A stretch of 64,000 nt of DNA from Octopus vulgaris (taxonomy: Eukaryota), in NCBI GenBank assembly GCA_951406725.2, contig OX597822.1:69936001-70000000 (forward strand), given 5' to 3'. Positions 1 through 26,438 of the stretch are shown one piece after another. How positions within the stretch are numbered: position 1 is the first letter of the stretch; each line of letters opens with the position of its first letter. Both the position numbers and the translations under genes were made by a program. Under the pieces are notes generated by a model. That model did no database searches, had not been told where the DNA came from, and saw only the letters and a list, made by a program, of their open reading frames with translations.

Positions 1-845
1 TCGCATTTATTATACACACACAAACTTATGTAACAGACACACTAACAGGGTAAATTAAACTATTTCTCCATTGGCTGAAAAAAATTAGCAGTTTTAATCG
101 ATTTTTGAACATTAGTACTATTACAGGAACACAAAACAACCAAAGCCAACATTGATAATTATATATAATGACAATGTTGACTTTCTGTCTCTACACTGAA
201 GATTTCTCAATCTGCTTTCTTTATTATAAAACTGTCTATTAATCAGTCAATCAAATCAATACTTGCCCAATGTTGAAGAAAAAGATTTCTTCTAGTTCTC
301 AATAGCTTTCAGTTTAGGAGTTTCCAATCTCCAATTTTTGTCAAAGCTATCAAATTTATCTACATCTTGTTCATTGGTGTCCCGTTTCACTTATGGTCTC
401 TCAGAGTCCCAGTTTGTCAGATTTCTCATTCATTTGCTGCACTCATCTTCTGGGTGTGTACAGCCCAATTCCATTTCAACAATTTTATAAATTTCTCATT
501 CTATATACACTACTAAACATGCTATATGCACTTCTGAATCTATATACACTCCTCAAACAATATAATGAACTACTAACCCACACTTCCTTTCACACTCAAC
601 TGAATCCATTTCAGTGGGCTGTATTCAGCTACATGAACAGACTACCAGCAAAACTAATCAAATCACACCAAATCATATTTTTACCATGGGTCCTTTCATT
701 TTCTCACTGCAAGTCTATTAAATATATTTATGTATTCATAATGATAAACTTATTTCAACTAAGAAAATTAGTTTTAGTATAACGAATGTCTACTTTCCAG
801 TATTTTTATCATGGACATAGAACATACAAGACAATAAGGACTTAC

Positions 846-16025
<15,180 letters not shown>

Positions 16026-16543
16026 TTTGTTCTAGACAAGAGAAAAAAAAAACAAGTGACATGTCAATCTTTTTAAAATGATAATTAAGAAATAATGCAA
16101 AAATGTATTTCATGGAATAACAGAATAACTTAAATTATCATTATTATAATAAATATATTTTTAAAAAACCTACGAAAGAAGTAATGTCATCATCATAATC
16201 ATATTTTATATGCCAATGTTGCTTTGTTTTATTCCAAAAAAATTACATGTTAACACTCACGGGGTCTCATAGTATTACCATGTAAAATTTGATTTGATTT
16301 GGATGAACCGTTTAAGAATGCACTGGGAATAAAGACAAAGGATTTCATATGTATGTAGATTATTATTCTTCTGTTACATATTACTGATATAATCAATATG
16401 GCAACCCCAGTGGTGCTGGTGCCACATTAAGAAGCATCCAGTACACTAAAGAGTGGTTAGCGATAGGAAGGACATCCAGTCATAGAAACCATGCTAAAAC
16501 AGACAATGGAATCAAAATTTCTTTGATTAAAACCCTTTCTAAC

Positions 16544-17545
16544 ATGGAAGTATCCAAAGAGTATTTGAGACACATAATGCTTTATGGGTAAAAAATAAGG
16601 AAACTCTGCAGGTGAAGTGACTTGAAACATACACTCAGTTTATGGGAAAGAATGCTTGAATGAAAGAACTAGTAGAAGATGGTTTGCAAAATACAGAAGT
16701 GGAGATTTCAGCCTTGAAGATGAAGATCGAACAAGACGTCCAGTTGAGTTTGCGGATAAGCTCCTTGAGGCATTACTTGAAGAAAATCCTGCATTATCAG
16801 TTGAAGAATTGGCAATAAAGCTCAGTTCAAACCATACAACTGTTCATTGTCATCTTTAACAACTTGGAAAATGGGTGCCTGATGAATTGTCCGAAAGCAA
16901 CCGCAAATCCCAAGTTGACATCTGTTCTTCTCTCCATTCTCGTGAACTCATTTCATCCTTTTTGGATAGACTTGTGACTGGTGATGAAAAATGGAACTTC
17001 TATTGAAATGTTAAATGTCGCAAACAATGGCTTGGTAAAAGGGAAAAAAACTCAACCACAACCAAGAAGGGAACTTCATGGGAAAAAGGTTCTTCTCTCT
17101 ATCTGGTGGGATTACAAAGGAATAATCCACTTTGAATTGTTACCACCTAATGCAACAATCAATGCTCAAATCTACTGTCAGCAATCAGAGCATTTGAACC
17201 AAGCTTCGAAGAAAAAAAGACCCGCTTTAGTGAATTGAAAAGGAGTGGTGTTTCATCAGGACAATGCGCGACCCCACACTGCAAAGAACACATCACGGAA
17301 GATCAAAGAGCTTGGTTAAGAAAAAATTCTTCATCCACCTTTCTCCCAGCCTTGCTTCTTCAGACTACCATTTGTTTCGTAGGAGGAGGAGTTTTACATT
17401 GATGGGATTAAAAAGCTTGTAAATAGATGGAAGGAAGTCATAGATAATCAGGGAAAGTACATTGATGATTAAATTTCAATCAAATATAACATCTGATCAC
17501 TTGTTTTCTTTATTCAAAATTTGGACAGAATTTATGGGATGACCT
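16544..17545 (+). mobile_element. decayed mariner transposon (transposase pseudogene plus 3' TIR) upstream of the piwi start exon
   Basis: WFAKYRSGDFSLEDE, GKWVP.ELS, LVTGDEKW, HQDNARPH and HPPFSP..SDYHLF motifs, broken by stops and frameshifts. Confidence 0.9.
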
Positions 17546-18043
17546 TTATTTATATATATACACACACACACACACACTTATTTGTTCCCTACCATTGTTT
17601 AATGAGCTGTGTTGGTTTGTTTACGTCCCCATAACTTAGCAGTTTGGCAAAAAAAAGTTAGAGGATCAATTTTTTTGAGTAGCCCCTTCTCTGACTGGAA
17701 CAAGTATAAAATAAAAGATAGTAGCAGGAAATAACTGGTCATCAAGAGTTAGGATTGTTGTAATTTTGTTAAATACAACTCCTCCATCCACCTTCTTGAA
17801 CCTTGAAGGTAAGCTCTCAAGCCTCTTTTCTACCACCCTTTCTTCATGGAGTAGCCATATTATCTCCTCTATAGCAGCAAGATGCTTGTTCCTGTCCCAC
17901 TTAAGCCTCTCTACTGCTCACTGCACTTCCCACTATGAATGAGTTTTGTCTTTAGAGTATTTTATAGGGCACAGCAGAGTATATTCAGGAACTATACAAA
18001 GCACATGTGTAGATGTGTGTGTATATATAGATATATAAATATT

Positions 18044-18282
18044 GGTACTACTTAAGATGAGAGGTCCCAATGCGCGCACTCGCGCTAGCTAGTTGTGACA
18101 AGTCGATCCTTACTTTGTGTTTTTGTATTTTATTTACTTTGTTTTAAAAAATTATTTACTTTGTGTTTTTGTGTTTTATTTACTTTGCTAGGTAGTCGTA
18201 GGGTCGACTAGTCACGACTAGCAAGTGCGGATGCGTGAGTACGCGAGTGCGCGCACCGGGACCACTCTTCTTAAGTAGTACC
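18044..18282. mobile_element. MULE-like MITE with long TIRs and 9-bp TSD
   Basis: GGTACTACTTAAGA...TCTTAAGTAGTACC; ataaatatt duplicated on both sides. Confidence 0.88.
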
Positions 18283-19574
18283 ATAAATATTTATATAATA
18301 TACATAATAAACAAACGCCTACAACCTAAGCTCCGAAACAGGAAACTGTTCCAAACGGGGAAAAAGGCGAGTGATTCCTTTAATTTGTATGCATTATCTA
18401 AAAAGTTACGACGAAACTAAGTCTCGAGTGAGGGAGTGGAGCATTAAAATTTACCAAAAAGGTGGGACGGTCATGATAAGGAACGCTTTATAAAAAAAGT
18501 CGGGTATTTAGAAATGCTGACAGAGTATTAATGGCGGCATCCTGTTTTAAGCAAAGTACATAACTGTTCTTAAAGTTTATTTTTTATTTCATTAAACGTG
18601 TTTATGGGGTGAAAATAGTGAAAAATATCAAAACATGTCAGTGACAAAGAAACGAGGAAGGTATCAGGTGGTCGTAAGATGTGCCAAAACAGCTAACTGA
18701 CATAGGAATATGTCAAGCGTGTGTGATTTAAAATCACACACACTTGACACAGTCCTATGTATACAGGTGTGTAGAAGACAAATTCGCAAAAAATTTTCTG
18801 AAAATTCCCCAAAACAGAAATGTTATAAAGGGTTATATGGGGGTGATTAACTATAACTTGGACAGTGAAATTTCATCAACATAACCGTAACAAGCAACTC
18901 TAGAGCATTAGAGTTTTTTTATTTCAATATTACATATTTTTGTACGCGCGAAAACAATTGGCTAATTTAATTTTCAATAGCCTTACACATGCAAATATAT
19001 GCACACACGTGTTGCATACATGTTTGAGAAATTAGTTTGGCTTTCACATACATGTAGGGCGTAGTCTTGGAAAACTGTACCTAGTAGTCCCATCACCACA
19101 TAAACGGCACTTTACTTCCTGTGTTCCTTAAGTGGAAATTATGAACCTCGCGGTTTTGATTTGTTGTTTTTTTGTTGTTTTTTTCCCATAAAAATTTCAA
19201 ATTTTTGAAGAAGATTTGTTTATGTATATATTTTGGCACCTCACTCCCCAACTCTTCTACATCCTTTTCCCCTTTCCTACAACGCATGGGCTTCGAAGGC
19301 CAGCTAGGTGTAAAACTTCGGCTGTATAAACCTTGTTTACATTTAGCCTACACGTGGTTCGCCTTAGACAATTTCAAAGCAGGATTAAAACTAATTATTA
19401 ATGGTTTGTTGAGATACTGTAGAGATAATCTGCTTGGCTTTCATCATTTGTCTTCCGACTTCAATTTATCAAAGATGTAATTAGTATGGTTGCATCATAA
19501 ATTGAAGCATTAAAAATCACAACTAATACCTACGACGCCATGATAGTTGACATATTTCTAAAGAAAACAGTGTG

Positions 19575-19610
<36 letters not shown>

Positions 19611-19616
19611 TGTACA

Positions 19617-19659
<43 letters not shown>

Positions 19660-19872
19660 TATATATGCATAATACACACAAATAGTCATATGCATGTATA
19701 CATACATACAAGCGCTATATTTCAAAATGAAAATACTCAGAACATGTACATACTATATATATGTGTGTGTGTACATACACATATATATGCATAAAACACA
19801 CAAATAGTCGTATACATACATACAAGCGCTATATTTCAAAATGAAAATAATCAGAACAAATTACTAACTTAC

Positions 19873-19881
19873 GGTCGCCAT
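19873..19881 (-). CDS. candidate upstream piwi first exon end (ATGGCGACC|gtaagt), would add MAT-NK in frame
   Basis: Consensus donor at 19867-19872 next to a CpG-retaining non-repeat region (~19870-20110); ATG GCG ACC joins AAC AAA ATG of the next exon in frame. No transcript evidence. Confidence 0.4.
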
Positions 19882-20989
19882 AGACCTACCACAAAGTTTG
19901 AGACGAGCATCTATATATGTAACCGACATGAGCATTTCTCATTTTCCTTAAAATATCTTAACTTTCTCAGCGAATTCATCACAAAATGATTGTTTAAAGA
20001 ACAAACTTAGTCGGAGAGAAAATAACCCGTCGGTAATTCAAATATTCGACATGGTCGCTTTTCCAATACATCACTATATCGCAATGTTTGCCTCATATGA
20101 CTCGCTATGTGTCACTAAGAAATATTTAAACTTTTTGTTACCAAATTTCTGTTGAAATGCACTGCTCTTGTTTCAATTAATTTTGAAAATAATAAAGAAT
20201 TTATTAAAATAATCGTCATTATTAAGGTGGTGTTTGGAACTTCAATTAACATGAAATATTGGCCAAAGGTTTTAATTAAGATCACTTTACAACAGAAAGT
20301 TTATATCATAGAACCAGAGGCGATTTCGGATGACTTGGAATCAAAGGGGTTTCGATAGGTATATTTAACTATGGCTTTATTTACTTAAAGGCAATAAATT
20401 AACCGAAACCTTTCGCAACTAACATTGAACATTATCAAATCATGTTAATACCGCCTCCACATGTTATTACATATAAAGAAAAAAAGAAAATGTTTGAACA
20501 GTCCTTTAAGGTTTATCAAATATATATTCTTAACCGTAAAGGGACAAAAAGGTAGTGTACAAAACAGAAATTATGCAGTTTGGTATTATTAATTTGATAA
20601 AAAGAAAAAAACAGACACTTTACCTCGGTCGTCGTTACACAGTGACGGTTCAACGTAAATAATTCGAGAAGCCTGAGCTGAAGAAATAAGGGCCGTAACT
20701 CTGATCTCACTTCCTATATAACATTGTTTATTTTTTTTAATGATACATGTGGTTTAATGAGGACTTGACAAACCGTAGGGGAAGAATTCACAAAAATAAA
20801 AAAAACAAAAAAAGACGAAGACAGGTGGTGTAGACAACGAACAGATGTATAAGTATAACGCTCGGGAAGTGAAAAAGTCTTTAACGTTTCGAGCCTACGC
20901 TCTTCCACAGAAAGAAACAAGGAGAGAAAATAAGAACGTGTAGTTGTTAGCGACCTATATATGCTCGCATAAACATGCATAAATATGTA

Positions 20990-22347
20990 GGTCATTTTTC
21001 AGAGTAACACCAGCACGATTTTCACTAAGAAAAAAAAAAAACTCGGATTTTTTGCGTGGAATCAAGTACCTCCTCCTTTTGGTTCGGGAGGGGAGGGCGA
21101 ATGGGGCGACCCCCACCTCCGGTCCCGCATTTATTAGAATTTTTCTTTTTTTTTTGCGTTGAATGAATTCCTGTGACATCTTAATATACTACAAAACCCT
21201 TTTTGGGGTCCGAAAAATGGAGTGCGGTGAGCTGGAAGCCTCGGAAATTTCACCCACACCTACTCTGATTGATCTTTTAACCAGCATGATTTTCACTAAG
21301 GAAAAAAAATTTCCCATGAATCCGGGGCGGATTTCCCTAACCCTAACAGCAGCCACAACAAACATCAGCATCAACATCGATAATGAAGAGATCGAAGTGG
21401 TTGATGATTTCATCTTCCTTGGCTCCAAAATAAATCGAGATGGTGACTGCACTCCAGAAATAAGACAGCGGATAGTACTAGGCAGAGAGGCAATGGTCAG
21501 CATGAGCAGGGTCTGGAAGAGTAGAGACATCAGACTTGCTACCAAATGCAGATTGCTGAATGCAATTGTCTTCCCAATAGCAACATATGGATGCGAGACC
21601 TGGACACTAAAGAAAGCTGACTAGAACAGAATTAATGCATTCGAGCTTTGGTGTTGGAGAAGACTTTTATGGATTCCATGGACAGCGAGGCTCACCAATG
21701 GAGAAGTTCTTAAGCAGATCAGGCCGAAAATGTCGCTAGAAGCTAGGATTACCAAGCATAGATTGGCATATTTCGGTCATATTATGAGGAGAAAATCCCT
21801 CGAGAAGGACATTATGCTCAGAATGGTCAGTGGCAAGAGAGGAAGAGGCCGACCAAGAACCCACTGGCTTGACACCATCAAGAGTGATACCGGAATGGAC
21901 ATAGCCAATCTGAAAGAAGCGGCCCAGGATAGAACTGACTGGAGGACACTGATCCAACGAATAACTGAGAGTCGACTTTGACTGAGCGGATAGATAGATA
22001 ACCCTAACCCTAAAAGCCAAAACCTAACCCTGAAAAGATCAATGGGGTGGAGGTGGGGGTGAAATTTCCGAGGCTTCCACCTCATCCCACTCCATTTTTT
22101 TGGACCCCCAAAAAGGGTTTTGTAGCATATTAGGATGTCACAGGAATTCATTCAACGAAAAAAGTTTTCAATGAATCCGGGACCTGGTTGGGGGGGGGGG
22201 GGAGTACCCCTTCGCTCCCCCTGCTCTTTTTCCAAACCAAAATTAGGGATTTGCAGCATATTAGGTGATCAGGGTACTTGATTCCACGCAAAAAAATCTG
22301 AGGTTTTTTTAGTGAAAATCATGTTGGTGTTACTCTGAAAAATTACC
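20990..22347. mobile_element. long-TIR (foldback/MULE-like) element hosting the RTE insertion
   Basis: ~290-bp imperfect inverted repeats at 20990-21277 and ~22033-22347, with CCCTAA repeats at the centre. Confidence 0.75.
21348..21998 (+). mobile_element. 5'-truncated RTE-clade LINE with (GATA)n tail and ~10-bp TSD
   Basis: IEVVDDFIFLGSKI, YGCETWTL, FELWCWRR, LAYFGHIMRR and GKRGRGRPRTHWLD motifs; TSD taaccctaac at 21338-21347 and 21999-22008. Confidence 0.92.
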
Positions 22348-23128
22348 ACTGGTACTTAATTTATCGACCCCAAAAGGATGAATTGTCACTTTAATTTTAA
22401 ATTTCCTATGATATACAATTTTCAAGATAGTGTAATTTAGTTATTCATTTTGAACCTATAAAAGGTTTTTTTTTTTCAAATATTTCATGTATAAGTCTGT
22501 GTATATATATGTAGTGGTATAAATATCAACACAATTTTTTTCCCCTTCCTCCCTTATTTTTATTTTCCCTTTTCTCTTTTTGTCTCTCTCCCCTTCTCCA
22601 AAGACACAGAGACACACACACACACACAAAGAATTCTTAAACCCCAAATGGCATTTGACCATCCCCACAATGATAAAAGGAGGTGTAATTTATAGCCTGC
22701 CTCCCCACCACCGCACACTCAGTGACACTGAAGTGGTCAAAGCTGGAATTCTTAGAACCCCCTTGGAGTCAGTGTTCTGTCCAGCAGACCAAAGGAAATT
22801 CTTTCCTTCTTCTTCCCTCTCCCTTCCCCTCTTTCTCTTTAGCACTAGCCTGAGATACAAACGCACACACACATACACACATGTTCTCTCTCTCACTTCT
22901 CCTCATCCACCTCACCTTCTTGTGCTGTCTTGTTCATCCTCACCACTATGAAACTCTATAAAATGATTAAAATTCCCATCAAAGGAATTATTTTGATTTG
23001 AAAACCCCACTAGAATGAGAGAAAGCGCTAATGATCTAAATGATATGATATATATGTAAAAAATGTAATATATAAATAAATATCTGTAAATATAAATCAT
23101 CCGATCTTCTGATTACCTCATTTCTTCT

Positions 23129-23180
<52 letters not shown>

Positions 23181-24883
23181 GAGAAATATATTCAAATGTA
23201 TACAAACACATGTGTATAGACAAGATATATATATACACACACACATACAGAATTGTTTATTTCTAGAGATGCCTGTCATTTAGGTGACCGATAATAAAGT
23301 CACAGGAAAAAAACGTCAGTAATAAAGTCACAATTAATTTATGGAATCCCAACTAAAACCCGGGTGAATTTTTTTTTACCTGGATTTATGGTTTAATGTG
23401 AACTTCAAAGCTTAGCAAATCTTTTATGTTCCATTTTTTTTTTTTTTCGCTTGTTTCAGTCATTCGACTGCAGTCATGCTTGGGCACTGCCTTGAAGGGT
23501 TTAGTTGATAAATCATGCTCAATACTTTTTTTTTAAAGTTTAGTACTTCCCCGCTAAGTCACGGGAAAGTAAACAAACCAACACTGGTTGTCAAGCGACG
23601 GTGGAGAATCCTTCCATACACACACACACATCCATCCATCCATACATACATACACATATACATACACACAAGCTTTTACAGTTTCTGTCTACCAAATCTA
23701 TTACAAAACTTTGGTCAACCCGAGGCTACAGTAAAAGACACTTGTCCATGGCACACGCAGCCAAGTCTGCACCTAAATATACAATTTAGTTTTAATTCGC
23801 GGTTAATAACTATGAGCTGAAACTGTATACTGAATCTAAAAGTATACAGCTTGGTTCATGATATCGTAAATTTTTATTTCATAAAACAATTCCTGTATAC
23901 CATTATAACCACTTTTGTGTAATTTTGTATTCAATAATTATCAAAGTAATTTAACATCAATTTTTACATCCCGTTCCTCTGAGACTGTGGAAGAATTTAA
24001 TGTTTGATAATAAATATAATGAAAGCATATTTGAATATAATGATATGTGTGTGTTTAAATTGCTATTATGACCCACCTATGATTAAATTATTATCATTTA
24101 CTAAACTCAACTGAGTATCTCACAGAAATATATCTCTCAAACGTCCTGTTAACACATTGTTGTTTAACCCTTACTCAGATTTGTGATGAAAGGCCATCCA
24201 GTCCTGGCAATCACGTCTTTTACCGAGACAATTTTTCTAGTACCACATATGTCCTTTTGGATCTTTTCTGTTTGGCTGCCAATTTTCAATTTCTTCAATT
24301 CTTGTTCCAATACATTTGATATTTGGTGTAATGATGTAGTTCTGTATGCTAATCAATGCCATGAAATTCATTTTTGCCATAATCTAATAGATAAAGAGTT
24401 ATTAGCTTTTAAAATTTGCAAATTTTGGGTAATTTTAGCCAATTGTAAGCTACAGACACATTCATGTCTGTTTTCATAGTAACGAGCCAAACATGAGAAC
24501 TCTTTTGTCTGGGAGATAGCATGAGTTGACAAATATAGTCTAACTCAGTATTTCTCAACCTTTTTACCCTTGCATATCCCTTAAAATAAATTATATGTCT
24601 GAAGGAAACCTTGCACAAAGAAAAATTATATACCATATCTTTCTCATATTTTTTCATCGTAGTTCACATGGTAAATATCATATATAATATATATATATGT
24701 GTGTGTGTGTGGATCTGATTTAAACTCCCACGAGTAGAATGTGAATTTGCAAAAAAAATTTCCTGAAAATTCCAAAAAATATAAAAGTTATGAGGGATTA
24801 TATGCTACTAGCAGAATTGCCCGGCGTTGCTCGGGGCTGAATTGCTTGAAAGTACTGTTAATGACTGCACTGAATTATGATGA

Positions 24884-25420
24884 TTATTCAGGCAAATATT
24901 GATATAAGTTTACGGTGAGAGATAAGGACTTAACGATCAAACGTGTGCCATTGCATTGTTTTGGGGGAACCAAATTTCTGATGAGCATTATAGGGGCACC
25001 AACTTTAAGTTTGAGAAAGTGTGGTGGTAGTCCAGGGTGCTCAAAGGAATTGAGTACCTCTATTGGATAGTTGATGACGTCCTCTGGGTCAGGAGTTGTA
25101 TCGATAGACTGATATACATAGACTTCCCCAGGAATGAGTTTTAGCATTTCATCATTAATATGGTGAACAGTTTTATTCCTCGGGGCCAGTATAGCCTTTT
25201 TGCCAATCCAATCCATATTCTGATAATTAGCTTGTAGATCTGGGAACACTGCATCTCTGAGATCAGAAGGCGTCTTAACAATGGTACAAATGGAATCGAT
25301 GGCAATATTACCATTTTCATCCCCTGGTATTTTGCCTTCGCCAAGTGCAAGGAGGGTGTGAGGAAATGCTGCTGATGTGATATTACGTTGCATATGAGCA
25401 CGCATATTGGTGTGAAGTTT
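24884..25420 (-). pseudogene. Helitron Pif1-like helicase fragment
   Basis: Motifs AILAPRN...YPIEVLNS..PGLPPHFLKLKVGAPIMLIRNL.PPKQCNGTRLIV; truncated at both ends. Confidence 0.9.
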
Positions 25421-25641
25421 GAGAGTTACTTCCCTTTATTAAAAAAAATATGCATTAAAATGGAAAAAAATGATGGTAAATTATTTGTAAAATCGTAGAC
25501 ACGCGCTAATACCCAGAAGGGCTCGATATGAATCACGACTATAAGATACCCGGTTTTGGTTAAACTGCATCGCAAAATGTGGGAGTAGTTAGGAATCTAA
25601 ATCGGAGTAGACAGACACACAACCTTTCTTTTATATATAAA

Positions 25642-26325
25642 TATTTTCGTCCTAAAAAACTTTGTATGGAGTGAATGGTTACCTCTATGGAAATATATAC
25701 ACGCACATTGTACATACATGTGTGTATAGATGAATATATAAATACATTTAAATATCTATATACACTTTTGGGCAATCTTTCTGTTTCTTAGAGATAACTT
25801 TAGATCTTATTTTCGTCCTAAAAAACTTTGTATGGAGTGAATGGTTACCTCTATGGAAATATATACACACACGTTATACATACTTGTGTGCATTGATGAA
25901 TATATAAATACATTTATATATCTATATACACTTTTGGGCGATCTTTGTGCTACTTAGAGATAACTTTAGATCTTATTTTCGTCCTAAAAAACTTTGTGTG
26001 GAGTGAATGGTTACGTCTATGGAAATATATACACACACATTATACATACATCTGTGTATAGATGAATATATAAATACATTTAAATATCTATATACACTTT
26101 TGGGCGATCTTTCTGCTACTTGTATATACTTTAGATCTTATATTCGTCCTAAAAAACTTTGTATGGAGTGAAAGGTTACCTCTATGGAAATATATACACA
26201 CACATTATACATACATCTGTGTATAGATGAATATATAAATACATTTAAATATCTATATACACTTTTGGGCGATCTTTCTGCTACTTGGATATACTTTAGG
26301 TCTTATATTCGTCCTAAAAAACTTT
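25642..26325. repeat. tandem array, ~165-166-bp unit, about 4 copies
   Basis: The anchor cgtcctaaaaaacttt recurs at 25648, 25814, 25980, 26145 and 26310. Confidence 0.93.
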
Positions 26326-26407
26326 CCTGTCACACACTCACACACACGCACACACACACACGCACCCTCACACACACACACACGCACACACACACACACA
26401 CTCACAC

Positions 26408-26438
<31 letters not shown>

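Noticed and set aside
393-782. 129-aa plus-strand ORF
   Set aside because: Antisense within a piwi intron, low complexity, no recognisable motif.
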